A stretch of DNA of 64,000 nt from an uncultured archaeon (GCA_938083505.1 CALKCF010000002.1:128001-192000), one strand, 5' to 3'. Positions 51,589-62,007 are shown, counted from the first letter of the stretch. Made by a program: numbers and translations. The notes: generated by a model not told the origin, from the letters alone.

Positions 51589-52130
51589 ACCTGCTCTTTC
51601 GCTTTTATGCTTTTTAGTATTGCGTATATTTCCTGCTTCTTATCTCTTGTGACGTTAACTGATACCACGCCAACATTTGGTTGACCGTATATGACAATCG
51701 AGCCCAGTGGGGCTAGCAATATAGTAGGAAGTGTCAGCAAATCTTCTTCACCATCAACATAGATTATGACCCTTCTCCCAGAATGAATTGCCTCCTTCAA
51801 AGCATTCACTGCCTTCGTAGATATCGTCCCTGCAGGATTCTCAGTAAAAATCTGCAAAGCAGCCTCATCGGTAAACCTATCTGAGGTCTTTCTCTCGACC
51901 TTCCCATCAACCACGTAAACGTCAGCGTAGATTCCAAACTTGCTCAGCTCCTTTGCGGAGAAGTCGCCGACTACTATTAACATCGTAGGTTTTCTTTCCT
52001 GTATATGTCTAACAAGCCTTTCCGTCGTTTCTGGTGGTTTGCCCTCAAAAAGCTTGCCTAAGGGTTTTCTAACCTTCTTCTTATCCTCGTCGCTGAAAAT
52101 TATTTCCTCATTGAATTGATAGTTTGACAT
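51585..52130 (-). CDS. GTP-dependent dephospho-CoA kinase (DUF359)
   Basis: VGD, VDGK, NPAGTI, DGEEDLL, YGQP. Confidence 0.9.
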   Translation of the reverse strand: MSNYQFNEEIIFSDEDKKKVRKPLGKLFEGKPPETTERLVRHIQERKPTMLIVVGDFSAKELSKFGIYADVYVVDGKVERKTSDRFTDEAALQIFTENPAGTISTKAVNALKEAIHSGRRVIIYVDGEEDLLTLPTILLAPLGSIVIYGQPNVGVVSVNVTRDKKQEIYAILKSIKAKEQV

Positions 52131-52160
52131 TTACTCACAAACACCAACTGGCATGCACTA

Positions 52161-52706
52161 TTAGATTGTCATACTTTCTTTAGCGTGTCTAACACCTTCC
52201 ATGAAAGCCCTCTCGTTAAGCTCTAAAGCTTTCGGAAATTTCCTCCCTATCACTTTAAGTAAGGATTCACGCTTCACGATACCAGTAATTTCTGAGAACG
52301 CTCCGAGCATCACTATATTGGCAACTATCCTAATTCCGAGTTGCTCGGCTATCTTGGTGGCAGGTATGCCCACCATCTTTATTTCTTTAACCCTAGATAC
52401 ATTCACAAGCTCACTGTCATAGATGAGTAGCTTTTTAGGCTCTCTGTATTCCTTCCAACTTCTGTCTAATCCCTCCTGTGACATGACGATCAGTATATCG
52501 GGCTTTGTAATTAGTGGAAAATCTATCGGCTCATCCGACATCACAACATCTGCCCTCGACCACCCACCGACCTGTTCAGGCCCATAGGCTATGGTTAACA
52601 CAGCGTCTTTCCCCTCCTCCAAGACCGCGGCCTCTCCGAGTATCTGTCCGCCCCTGATTATGCCTTGACCGCCAGAGCCGAATAAACTTATGTTCCACCT
52701 AACCAT
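52161..52706 (-). CDS. korC: 2-oxoacid (2-oxoglutarate-type):ferredoxin oxidoreductase gamma subunit
   Basis: GSGGQG, YGPEQVGG, ANIVMLG. Confidence 0.85.
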   Translation of the reverse strand: MVRWNISLFGSGGQGIIRGGQILGEAAVLEEGKDAVLTIAYGPEQVGGWSRADVVMSDEPIDFPLITKPDILIVMSQEGLDRSWKEYREPKKLLIYDSELVNVSRVKEIKMVGIPATKIAEQLGIRIVANIVMLGAFSEITGIVKRESLLKVIGRKFPKALELNERAFMEGVRHAKESMTI

Positions 52707-53559
52707 GCGACTTCATCTCCTTCATGATACCCTCTATCAATTTCCTCTCCATATCGTTGTATGATGGTTTTTCCTTGTGAATGAAGTTTCCTATGATTAT
52801 AGGCTTACCGGATTTCAAGTCTATATCAACTGTCCTAAGATCTGCTTCATGATTTATAACGCACATCTTCTTAAAGTATCTCATCATGTCGAGGCCTGTT
52901 GGAAAACTGTTATCTTTACCGTACTGCGTCGGGCACGGTGATAAAACTTCTATGAATGCTAAACCATTTACTTTCATGGCCTTGAGCATTGCATCAGTTA
53001 GTTGACGTACGTGGAACGTCGTCCATCTCGCAACAAAAGGAGCGCCAAGCGATGCTGCTAAGAGCGGTATGTTGAACGGGTTGTCTATCGTACCATACGG
53101 TGCGGACGATGTCTTTGAACCGATAGGTGTTGTGGCCCCATGCTGCCCACCAGTCATACCATAAATAAAGTTGTTAATCAGCACAACGTTGATGTCGTGA
53201 TTCCTCCTGATAGCGTGTATGAAATGGTTCCCACCTATAGTAATTAAGTCACCGTCACCAGCTATCACTGTTATTTCAAGCTCGGGTTTTACGATGTTCA
53301 TACCTATCGCAAAAGGTATCGCCCTACCATGCGTAGTGTGGTATGAATCTATGTTTACGTAACCTGGAAGCCTCGAGGAGCAACCTATGCCGGACACGAC
53401 CACGTGCCTTTCGGGCGGTATGCCGCTCTCTTTTATTGCTTTGATGTAACATTTCATCACGATACCTATTCCGCAACCAGGACACCATATATGTGGCATC
53501 CTGTCAACCCTTATCAGGTCGTCATCAGGGTGCTTTTTCGCTAAAATTTCCTTAGGCAT
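52699..53559 (-). CDS. korB: 2-oxoacid:ferredoxin oxidoreductase beta subunit
   Basis: WCPGCG, SGIGCS, HGRA, GDGD, YGMTGGQ. Confidence 0.9.
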   Translation of the reverse strand: MPKEILAKKHPDDDLIRVDRMPHIWCPGCGIGIVMKCYIKAIKESGIPPERHVVVSGIGCSSRLPGYVNIDSYHTTHGRAIPFAIGMNIVKPELEITVIAGDGDLITIGGNHFIHAIRRNHDINVVLINNFIYGMTGGQHGATTPIGSKTSSAPYGTIDNPFNIPLLAASLGAPFVARWTTFHVRQLTDAMLKAMKVNGLAFIEVLSPCPTQYGKDNSFPTGLDMMRYFKKMCVINHEADLRTVDIDLKSGKPIIIGNFIHKEKPSYNDMERKLIEGIMKEMKSHG

Positions 53560-53563
53560 GTCA

Positions 53564-54712
53564 TCACCTCGACACGGACCTGATCATATCGAGTATGATG
53601 TCCGGTGTTGGTACCGCGCCAGGAGCCCAACTTAAACCGACAACAATACATTCAGCGACCTCCTTTACTGGATGAATCATCTGACCCATGTTTATCTCAG
53701 GAACTACGAGTACCTTAGCTTGTTCACTTACCTTCTTTACGATCTCATCTGGAAAGGGCCATAATGTTATTAACCTTAACATACCAGCCTTGATGCCTTC
53801 GGACCTTGCCATCTTAACCGCTTGATACGACGGTCTGGATGTTATACCGTAAGTTATCACAACAATGTCAGCACCTTCCAACATGAAACGCTCCACTTCC
53901 CATATTTTCTTGGCGTTGTTCCTGACTTTCGACACCAGATGCTGCACACACCATGTTGAGACCTCATGTGTATAATGTGGGTAGCCCCTCTCATCGTGTG
54001 TCAGTCCAGTGACGTGTACCCTATAACCCATGCCGGCCAGCGCCATTGGCGGCACTTCGTATCTCGCATCAAACGGTTTGAAGTCTGGAATGCTTGGTGG
54101 AACACATGGTAGCTTCCTGTTCACTATCTTTATCTCCTCGTACGGAGGTATAACTAACGGGCCGTACATATGGCTGACGACTTGGTCGGCCAGCAAAATA
54201 ACTGGCTGTCTGTACTCTTCTGATGCATTAAAGGCCTTTATTGTAAGATCAAACATCTCTTGAACGCTATTTGGAACATACACTATAGCTTCGTAATCTC
54301 CGTGCGAGCCCCATTTGGCCTGCATCACGTCACCTTGCCCAACCAGCGTCGGTATACCAGTACTCGGACCACCTCTCTGAACGTTCACGACGACGCATGG
54401 TGTTTCTGTCATCATACCGAACCCTATACCCTCTTGCATCAATGAGAAGCCGGGACCAGAAGTAGCCGTCATGGATTTTATGCCAGCGTTCGACGCGCCT
54501 AGGACCGCCATGATGCTAGCTATTTCGTCCTCCATTTGTATGAAGTAACCACCTACTTGTGGAAGTCTGTAGCTCATCCACTCTAAAATCTCACTGGACG
54601 GTGTTATTGGGTATCCAGCGAAAAACCTGCAACCGGCTATCAGGGCAGCTTCAGCGCAAGCGATGTTTCCTTGTATAAAATACTTCCCTGGAGGGAGCAG
54701 ACGTTCCGTCAT
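53564..54712 (-). CDS. korA: 2-oxoacid:ferredoxin oxidoreductase alpha subunit
   Basis: GYPITPSSE, QMEDE, TSGPGFSLMQE, QRGGPSTG; start MTERLL. Confidence 0.9.
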   Translation of the reverse strand: MTERLLPPGKYFIQGNIACAEAALIAGCRFFAGYPITPSSEILEWMSYRLPQVGGYFIQMEDEIASIMAVLGASNAGIKSMTATSGPGFSLMQEGIGFGMMTETPCVVVNVQRGGPSTGIPTLVGQGDVMQAKWGSHGDYEAIVYVPNSVQEMFDLTIKAFNASEEYRQPVILLADQVVSHMYGPLVIPPYEEIKIVNRKLPCVPPSIPDFKPFDARYEVPPMALAGMGYRVHVTGLTHDERGYPHYTHEVSTWCVQHLVSKVRNNAKKIWEVERFMLEGADIVVITYGITSRPSYQAVKMARSEGIKAGMLRLITLWPFPDEIVKKVSEQAKVLVVPEINMGQMIHPVKEVAECIVVGLSWAPGAVPTPDIILDMIRSVSR

Positions 54713-54996
54713 GTATCCACCTCCTTTATAAATATTGCAAAATCTGGACAAAGTAGCTCACATATTCTGCAAGCTACGCATGAATCCTCCTTACCAGGCT
54801 TGACTCTTGGATAATGAAAACCTTTGTAGTTTATATTCTCCGATTTTTGTAAGACGGAATACGGACAGAATTCTATACAATACATACACTCTTTACACCT
54901 ATCCGGTATAATATAGATAATACCCTTCGGGCGCTTGGGGGCCTTGTTGCTTAGGACCTTCTGTTCCAAAACCGGAATCTCTTGATGTTCTTCCAA
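54709..54996 (-). CDS. korD: 2-oxoacid:ferredoxin oxidoreductase delta (ferredoxin) subunit
   Basis: CKECMYCIEFCP, CVACRICELLCPDFAI. Confidence 0.88.
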   Translation of the reverse strand: MEEHQEIPVLEQKVLSNKAPKRPKGIIYIIPDRCKECMYCIEFCPYSVLQKSENINYKGFHYPRVKPGKEDSCVACRICELLCPDFAIFIKEVDT

Positions 54997-55067
54997 GGTA
55001 TTTGCCCAAGAATAACTACCGTGCCCAAATGTAAAAAATTTACTTTCTCATAAACATAATTATGGTT

Positions 55068-55094
55068 TATATTGTACAATATACAATATTGTAT
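55068..55094. promoter_or_regulatory. Overlapping perfect palindromes TATATTGTACAATATA (55068-55083) and ATACAATATTGTAT (55081-55094) in kor/por divergent promoter
   Basis: Read directly; overlaps a TTTATA box. Confidence 0.6.
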
Positions 55095-55104
55095 TGAAGT
55101 TAGA

Positions 55105-56109
55105 TTGGGAAAGAATAGCGTAGTTAGAGGACTCATTGCCCTTTTTGAAAACTTCTGTCCCCTTGAATGTAACGAAAATACATATACCTACAATCCGCCT
55201 TTCATGTTATTCAAAGCGAGTAATTCAATAATCCTTAGCGTGGACCCTTTTTGTGACCCAGTAGTAGAGCATGCGCTAAGTAGTGCTGGTGTGAAAATAA
55301 CTCAAGGCAACTCTTACTTCTTATTAGCACCCCCTGCCCAAAAAACCCTTACGATGTTTGATTGGTTTGTGAGGCGTAGCTGGCATAAGGCAGAATATGC
55401 CGTAACTTGGTCTATACTGAATTTGTTAAAGGGAGCACCAGAGTGTCACTTAAACATTGAACAAGTATGCGAGCGGAGCGGGCTCGACCGAACAACATGC
55501 ATAGGAGTTCTCAGCTCGCTCGGCATTAAGATAGAAAACGGCGGCTCTATCATTGCGTCGAGAGAGAAAATCATATCACTTATCGAAGAATTGGTGCGCA
55601 GACTACCAAGCTGGATAGAAGAGGGGGTCATGGATCTAATATGCTCCAACGTAAATGTTTCTGCCGCAGATGTAAATTCGTACTTGTCTTACTATGGCCT
55701 AAGCCCAAGTATGACGTATAAGATATTAAGAAAGCTAAAGTCAGAAGGTTGGATTAAGGTAATGAGGCATGTAAGAGTAAAGCCAAGGGGGCCGATGCGC
55801 GAGTTAATGTCTTCTGATTGTAGAAACTGCTTCTTTGGTTACTCATCCTCCGTTAATTGCTTTAAGGCAAGTTTCTACCAGCTTGAGAAGTTGGTAGAAA
55901 GGTTGATAGGCAGACCTATGAAGATGCACGAGGTTGAGGAACTATATCAAGAAATCAGTAAGCTACCTTTTAGTGAAAGAACGTTAAGGTCTGTCAACAA
56001 GGCACTGGTTCTCGCACTACAATTTTCAGAAATGTCAAAAGAAAAGGGTGTCGCGACAGTACTTCGTAAACTGAGCGAGACTTTAAACTTTAAAATACTC
56101 GGCACATAG
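55105..56109 (+). CDS. Hypothetical protein with two HTH-like segments and a Cys cluster; putative regulator
   Basis: LNIEQVCERSGLDR; SPSMTYKILRKLKSEGWI; DCRNCFFG...NC; start uncertain. Confidence 0.55.
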   Translation: MGKNSVVRGLIALFENFCPLECNENTYTYNPPFMLFKASNSIILSVDPFCDPVVEHALSSAGVKITQGNSYFLLAPPAQKTLTMFDWFVRRSWHKAEYAVTWSILNLLKGAPECHLNIEQVCERSGLDRTTCIGVLSSLGIKIENGGSIIASREKIISLIEELVRRLPSWIEEGVMDLICSNVNVSAADVNSYLSYYGLSPSMTYKILRKLKSEGWIKVMRHVRVKPRGPMRELMSSDCRNCFFGYSSSVNCFKASFYQLEKLVERLIGRPMKMHEVEELYQEISKLPFSERTLRSVNKALVLALQFSEMSKEKGVATVLRKLSETLNFKILGT

Positions 56110-56170
56110 TCTTGGAATGTTTAAGCACGTATCAAAAATCTTTTTAAGGTAACGTTCGTATAGTTAATTA

Positions 56171-56479
56171 TTGATGAATGCTTTAAGTAAATGTTGCAAA
56201 GATTGCAACTACTGGTCGCCTCTTGATGTCCTATCGACGCTTGGGGAATGTCGTAATATAAAAAGAAAGAAGTTTGGTAAAGTTGCCTTTTATGATGATG
56301 CTTCTTGTAAAGATTTCGAAGAGAGATGTTTCATCGAGTCAGAGTTCTACTGGTGCAAGGACTGCCGAACAACATTTTACCGCGAAGAGTTAAAAATGCA
56401 CGAGGGGCACAAAGTATTTATTGACATCTCGACATTACCAGTTGAGGATATAATAGAGCATACGTTTGCAGGCGATTGA
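56171..56479 (+). CDS. Small Cys/His-rich metal-binding protein
   Basis: CKDC..GEC..C and CKDC..H.GH. Confidence 0.7.
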   Translation: MMNALSKCCKDCNYWSPLDVLSTLGECRNIKRKKFGKVAFYDDASCKDFEERCFIESEFYWCKDCRTTFYREELKMHEGHKVFIDISTLPVEDIIEHTFAGD

Positions 56480-56480
56480 A

Positions 56481-57044
56481 TTGAAAAAGTTAGTTGAAGT
56501 AAGATTCCATGGAAGAGGCGGCCAAGGTGTTGTCACGGCCGCAAGATTATTGGCTGAAGCTTGTCTTTTAGAAAACAAGTATTCGCTCTCGTTCCCTGAA
56601 TTTGGTCCCGAACGTTCCGGCGCTCCAGTGAGGGCGTACGTTAGGATATCCGATGAACCCATAGACATTAGGTCTTTAGTCTATGACCCGGAAGTTGTTG
56701 TGTCAATAGACCCGAAAATATCCTCTTCTGTTGAAATAATTGCTGGGCTGGATGACGAAGGAGTCGTTGTCATAAACTCGAAGAACGTCAACAACGCTCT
56801 ATTGGAGGCCCTATCTTCCAAACCGCAGGCAAAGTTGTTTTATGTGGATGCAAGGGGCATAGCTCTTTCCCTAGGTGATGTGAGGTTCGAAAACTCAGCG
56901 ATTTTGGGAGCCCTAGCTAAGGCGACAGGAATCGTATCCTTAGCCTCGTTGGAATCCGTCCTAAGAACAAGGTTCAAAGGAGCCATTCTTGAGAATAACC
57001 TTAAAGCGATGCAGTTAGGATATGAGAAGGTGGGACAGGCCTAA
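56481..57044 (+). CDS. porC: Pyruvate-type 2-oxoacid:ferredoxin oxidoreductase gamma subunit
   Basis: RFHGRGGQG, FGPERSGAP. Confidence 0.9.
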   Translation: MKKLVEVRFHGRGGQGVVTAARLLAEACLLENKYSLSFPEFGPERSGAPVRAYVRISDEPIDIRSLVYDPEVVVSIDPKISSSVEIIAGLDDEGVVVINSKNVNNALLEALSSKPQAKLFYVDARGIALSLGDVRFENSAILGALAKATGIVSLASLESVLRTRFKGAILENNLKAMQLGYEKVGQA

Positions 57045-57316
57045 TGGCAAGTGTTAAAACAACTACACTCCCCGGCGGCATTATAAACAGGCCGGGCTCC
57101 ACTATTGATTATAAAACAGGAACCTGGAGGGTTAAAAGACCGGTAGTTAACTTAGATAAATGCATAGGCTGTCTTATATGCTGGATATACTGCCCTGAAC
57201 CGGCAATTATAAAAAGAGATGACGGAAAGATCGATTTCGATTACGACTATTGTAAAGGTTGCGGCATATGTTCTCTCGAGTGTCCAACTAAGGCTATAAG
57301 GATTGTGGAGGAGTGA
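57044..57316 (+). CDS. porD: POR delta subunit
   Basis: KTGTWR, CIGCLICWIYCP, YDYCKGCGIC. Confidence 0.92.
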   Translation: MASVKTTTLPGGIINRPGSTIDYKTGTWRVKRPVVNLDKCIGCLICWIYCPEPAIIKRDDGKIDFDYDYCKGCGICSLECPTKAIRIVEE

Positions 57317-57355
57317 GAGGAGACGTCACTTCTTCAACCCAAGACCCTTAAGCCG

Positions 57356-58519
57356 ATGTCGACTTCAGAGGCGATTGCGTATGCTGTTAAACAGGCAAAT
57401 GTTGACGTCATAGCTGCCTATCCGATCACACCGCAGACGATAATAGTTGAGCGGCTTAGCGAGTATGTTCATAACGGTGAGCTCGATGCTGAATATATTG
57501 CCGTAGAGTCGGAACATTCAGCAATGTCTGCGTGTGTGGCAGCAAGCCTCACCGGTGCTAGGGTTTTCACGTCAACCGCCAGTCAAGGACTTGCACTTAT
57601 GCATGAAGTCCTCTATCTAGCTTCTAGCTTAAGGTGTCCGATAGTCATGGCCATTGCAAACAGGGCACTATCCGCTCCTATAAACATACACTGCGACCAC
57701 TCCGACATGATGGGCTCGAGGGATGCCGGATGGGTGCAAATATTTGCAGAAAACGGTCAGCAGGCGTACGATAGAATCTTCCAAGCGTTCAAGCTCGCGG
57801 AGGATGAGGACATACTCCTACCAGTTGGAGTGAACATCGACGGTTTCTTCCTCTCACATGCCGTAGAGGGCATTGCGACGATATCAGACAGTGAGGCGGC
57901 AACGTTCCTTCCACCCAGAAAAGCGAAGTATTACCTTGATTACTCGATGCCCATGACGTTTGGTGCCTTCGCACTGCCAGATTGGTACTTTGAGATAAAA
58001 CACCAAGTAGTAGAGGCGATGGATAGAGTCCCGAAGAAGCTGGCAGAAATAGAGGAGACCTATTATAAGATGACCGGTAGAAAATACGATCATGTTGGTG
58101 TCTATAAGACAGAGGATGCTGAAGTTTGCTTAGTATGCGCAGGTTCGTCGGCTGCTACAGCAAAGTTTGCCATAACGAGGTTGAGGGAGAAGGGAATTAA
58201 GGCAGGACTTCTGAGCATCAGGCTTTTCAGACCCTTCCCCGTTGAGAGTATACTCCTACATGTGAAGGATGTGAAGGCCTTAATTGTAATGGACAGGGCA
58301 ATGAGTCCGGGTGCACCATCCGCACCGATAGCCCAAGATATAAAAGCCACGCTGTATGATGCTGGTCTCAACATACCAGTCGCAAACTTTGTTTACGGGC
58401 TTGGAGGTAGGGACATATCGGCCGCAGAGTTTGAGAGCATAATCATGAAGATTGTAGAAAGTTTGAAGGCAGGAAGGCCTATAGAAAAAGGCGTAATGTA
58501 TTGGGGGTTAAGGGCCTAA
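57356..58519 (+). CDS. porA: POR alpha subunit
   Basis: AYPITPQT, ESEHSA, SQGLALM, NRALSAP. Confidence 0.92.
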   Translation: MSTSEAIAYAVKQANVDVIAAYPITPQTIIVERLSEYVHNGELDAEYIAVESEHSAMSACVAASLTGARVFTSTASQGLALMHEVLYLASSLRCPIVMAIANRALSAPINIHCDHSDMMGSRDAGWVQIFAENGQQAYDRIFQAFKLAEDEDILLPVGVNIDGFFLSHAVEGIATISDSEAATFLPPRKAKYYLDYSMPMTFGAFALPDWYFEIKHQVVEAMDRVPKKLAEIEETYYKMTGRKYDHVGVYKTEDAEVCLVCAGSSAATAKFAITRLREKGIKAGLLSIRLFRPFPVESILLHVKDVKALIVMDRAMSPGAPSAPIAQDIKATLYDAGLNIPVANFVYGLGGRDISAAEFESIIMKIVESLKAGRPIEKGVMYWGLRA

Positions 58520-59454
58520 TGTTAGTGGGTGAGATTAAAACTATAAAGGAACTTTATGGCTTAGACCTAATAGCTCCAGGTCATAGAGCCTGCGCTGGCT
58601 GTGGTGCCCTCATAGCCGTGAGACAAATACTGATGGCTTCTAAGAGGCCTCTTATTGTGGTGAGTGCTACGAGTTGTCTAGAAGTGACCAGCACACCATA
58701 CCCGCAGACGATGTGGAAGACTCCTTGGGTCCATCTATTATTCGAGAACGCGGCCACCGCGGCATCTGGCATAGAGGCCGCACTTAAAGTCCTTTCCAGA
58801 AAATACAACCGCCAGGAGCACTACATCATAGCCTTTGGCGGCGATGGTGGTACGTTCGATATAGGCATACAGGCACTTTCTGGAGCCCTCGAAAGGGGTC
58901 ATAGGTTCATTTATGTGTGTTATGACAACGAAGCCTACATGAACACAGGTATACAGAGGTCTGGCGCTACACCATTAGGAGCTGCTACAACGACGTCGCC
59001 GGTAGGTACAAAAATTGTGGGAAAGACTCAGCAAAAGAAAGACTTAATGGAGATCGTCGTGGCACATAGGATACCATACGCTGCTACGGCTTCACCATCG
59101 CACTGGAAAGACCTTGTAAACAAAGTGAGGAAAGCACAGAGCTACGACGGACCGTCCTTCATACACGTCATAGCACCATGCACAAGAGGGTGGTACTTCG
59201 ACACAAGCGAGACGATAAAGGTAGCAAGACTGGCAGTCGAGACAAGGTACTGGCCACTCTACGAAGTGGAGAACGGAAGGTACAGGATAACCCACCCGGT
59301 TCCGAATCCTAAACCTTTGGAGGAATTCTTAAAAGTGCAGAGGAGACTTAGCCACTTACTATTACCAGAGAACGCCGAAATACTTGAGAGTTTAAAGGCT
59401 TACGTAAACGAAAGATGGGAAAGGCTCCAGAAACTCTCTGCCTGCTTCGCCTAA
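58519..59454 (+). CDS. porB: POR beta subunit
   Basis: GHRACAGCG, FENAA, GGDGG, YMNTGIQRS. Confidence 0.92.
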   Translation: MLVGEIKTIKELYGLDLIAPGHRACAGCGALIAVRQILMASKRPLIVVSATSCLEVTSTPYPQTMWKTPWVHLLFENAATAASGIEAALKVLSRKYNRQEHYIIAFGGDGGTFDIGIQALSGALERGHRFIYVCYDNEAYMNTGIQRSGATPLGAATTTSPVGTKIVGKTQQKKDLMEIVVAHRIPYAATASPSHWKDLVNKVRKAQSYDGPSFIHVIAPCTRGWYFDTSETIKVARLAVETRYWPLYEVENGRYRITHPVPNPKPLEEFLKVQRRLSHLLLPENAEILESLKAYVNERWERLQKLSACFA

Positions 59455-59588
59455 CGTTCCAAAGACACCAGAGGCATCAAAAGTCAGGTTATCTTTAGTG
59501 TTAAGTTTAATATTTTTATGTATGGAGTTTACTAATTCCATTGTTGCATCTTTAGGAAAGCGAGGAAGGTGTGCACTTTACATTGTTT

Positions 59589-60548
59589 TTATATTAACTT
59601 GCCCCAATCTGACTTTTTCGTAGGACGTCCCATCAGCTGCTGTATGTAGTTATAAGCTGAGAGGGCTGCGATGGCGCCCTGAGCCGCTGCTATCACCGTC
59701 TGTTTATAGAGCATATCGGTAACGTCACCTGCTGCAAAGACCCCTGGCCTGCTCGTCATTCCAAGTTTGTCTGTGATTATCTCGCCGTTCTCGTTCAGCT
59801 GAACGAAATCCCTCACCCAATCCGTTTTTGTCGTGTAACCCATCTCGACAAATACACCGTCAACTTCTAGCTCGTCCTCTTCATTTGTCTTAACGTTCTT
59901 CAGCCTTATCGCCCTAACCTTCGTGTCACCTTTTATCTCCAAAACGGTAGTGTTCGGTATGTAAATTATGTTCATCTCCTTGGAGTCCTTTATCAGCTCT
60001 TCATCCGTGAGCTTGGCCTCGCTTTTATGGATTATGTAGACTTTGTTGTCGTAAGCACGTAAAAGCTTCACAGCTCTAAAGGCATGATCGCCCCAACCCA
60101 CTACTGCGACCTTTTTACCCCTGAACAAAGGAGCATCGCATATCGCGCAATAAGACACTCCCTTGCCGACAAACTTATCCTCTCCTGGAACGTCAAGCGA
60201 CTTTGGAGTCTTTCCGAATGCAAGTATGACCGTGAGGGCCTCATAATCTCCGCTAACCTTCGTTGATACTCGGAAAGTGTTGTTTATTTGGGATATAGCG
60301 ATAGCCTCGTCATAGACGAACTCTGCTCCGAATTCTTCTGCCTGTTCTTTTATTGATTGAACAAGTTCCAGACCGGCCACGACCTTTATTCCAGGATAAT
60401 TCTCGATTTGTGGGGCGAGAAGCAACTGCCCTCCGATGTCCTTTGTCACGACCAAGACTTTCAAGCCCTGTCTCGCCGCATAGAGTGCAGCACTCAGCCC
60501 AGCTGCGCTTCCACCCACGATTATTGTGTCGTATATTCCTCTGCTCAT
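59589..60548 (-). CDS. trxB: Thioredoxin reductase
   Basis: GGSAAG, IENYPG, SYCAICD, FAAGD. Confidence 0.92.
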   Translation of the reverse strand: MSRGIYDTIIVGGSAAGLSAALYAARQGLKVLVVTKDIGGQLLLAPQIENYPGIKVVAGLELVQSIKEQAEEFGAEFVYDEAIAISQINNTFRVSTKVSGDYEALTVILAFGKTPKSLDVPGEDKFVGKGVSYCAICDAPLFRGKKVAVVGWGDHAFRAVKLLRAYDNKVYIIHKSEAKLTDEELIKDSKEMNIIYIPNTTVLEIKGDTKVRAIRLKNVKTNEEDELEVDGVFVEMGYTTKTDWVRDFVQLNENGEIITDKLGMTSRPGVFAAGDVTDMLYKQTVIAAAQGAIAALSAYNYIQQLMGRPTKKSDWGKLI

Positions 60549-60666
60549 ACAGCCACCGTAGTCGAGGTGCATGTTAGGAAATATAAACACTCGCCTGACC
60601 TAGGAAAGCCCGGCACAACCTTAAATCCATTCTGACGATATAAACCTCTGACGTTGGTGGTCAAAA

Positions 60667-61098
60667 TTGGGTGAGAGCGGTAGAAGGTTCTTGGAACACA
60701 TGTCCGACGTTTACGTGGAGGCATACGGAGAGACTATGGAAGATGCCTTTAAGGAGGCGGGCATGGCTGTGTTTGATATCATATCAGACACAAGGAGTGT
60801 CAAGCCCGAGATAGAGAAAGAGGTCTCTGCGGAAGGTTTTGATATGTATTCCCTTCTCTACAATTGGCTGGAGCAATTGCTACTCCTGTTTGAACTGGAA
60901 GGTTTCTTAGCATCTAACATCGAAGTGCATGCCATAGAGAGGTCTGGTGATGTATTCAGGATTAAGGCGACGGCAAAGGGCGAGAGGTTTGATCCAACGA
61001 GGCACAAACACGGAATAGGGATAAAATCCGTGACGTATGCCCTCATGGAGGTCGTAGAGAACGAGGTGAAGAAAGTTAGGTTCGTCTTGGACATATAG
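60667..61098 (+). CDS. Archease (RtcB cofactor)
   Basis: FLEHMSD, LLYNWLE, IKSVTY, FVLDI. Confidence 0.92.
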   Translation: MGESGRRFLEHMSDVYVEAYGETMEDAFKEAGMAVFDIISDTRSVKPEIEKEVSAEGFDMYSLLYNWLEQLLLLFELEGFLASNIEVHAIERSGDVFRIKATAKGERFDPTRHKHGIGIKSVTYALMEVVENEVKKVRFVLDI

Positions 61099-61113
61099 CG
61101 AAGGAGAGGTTAT

Positions 61114-61962
61114 ATGTCAACGAGGTTTGAGGAGGTGCCGAGAAGGAGATGTAGGCTCGACGTTCTACTTCCGTCGAGTCTGACGGCTGAGACGCCACAC
61201 CTGAGGGAGAAGACCTTTAGGATTGGGCTTGTCGCAAGATTCCTTGCGACGTTCAGGGTCGACAACCTGATAATTTATTACGAAGACCTTGAGCCGGACA
61301 AGAACGCAGAACTCATAAAGGACATCATGGACTACTTGAACACCGCGCCGTACCTTAGGCGGAGGTTGTTTCCAATCAAGCCATCATTGAGATATGCGAG
61401 CTTGCTTCCACCCCTAAATATACCGACGCATCCCGAGGTAGGCTCCGAAGGTACGTTCCACTACAGAGAAGGTGTTGTGGCCTCGCCCGGCAGAGTAGAC
61501 GCAGGTTTAGGAAGGCTTATCAAAACAAAGGAGCGCTTGAAGAAGGGAACGAAGGTCATAGTTGTTGTGAAACCAGAATCCGGCAAATTCAAGCTAATCT
61601 CTAGGAAAAAGTCACCAGTATACACCGGTTTTAAAACTACCATAGTACCGGAAAGGTTGGACGAGATAGTGGCGCGTTATGATGTTAAGATTGCGACTTC
61701 TAGGCTTGGCAAACCATTCCACGAGCTGGTTCAACCACTAGCATCAAGGCTTTCGACCGCCAAGAATATCTGCATAGCTTTCGGCTCGGCCAAAAGAGGT
61801 CTGTACGATATAGCCAAGCTTCAAAACTTCAATTTGGACGAGGTCTTCGAATTCGTGATTAACTTGGTCCCGGAGCAAGGTGTACGGACCATAAGGACCG
61901 AGGAGGCGGTCTGCATAACCCTTACGACGATCTCAGCGCTGGAGCTTCTCTTCGGGCGCTAG
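61114..61962 (+). CDS. SPOUT RNA methyltransferase (DUF171/C9orf114-like)
   Basis: PYLRRRLFP, LPPLNIPTH, IATSR, QGVRTIRTEEA. Confidence 0.9.
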   Translation: MSTRFEEVPRRRCRLDVLLPSSLTAETPHLREKTFRIGLVARFLATFRVDNLIIYYEDLEPDKNAELIKDIMDYLNTAPYLRRRLFPIKPSLRYASLLPPLNIPTHPEVGSEGTFHYREGVVASPGRVDAGLGRLIKTKERLKKGTKVIVVVKPESGKFKLISRKKSPVYTGFKTTIVPERLDEIVARYDVKIATSRLGKPFHELVQPLASRLSTAKNICIAFGSAKRGLYDIAKLQNFNLDEVFEFVINLVPEQGVRTIRTEEAVCITLTTISALELLFGR

Positions 61963-62007
61963 CGTCAGTTTATATTTAACCGCTCATAGCTTAACCTCTG
62001 AAGGCGC

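Noticed and set aside
60667-61098. Archease without adjacent rtcB as an anomaly
   Set aside because: The two genes are often unlinked; rtcB may lie outside the window
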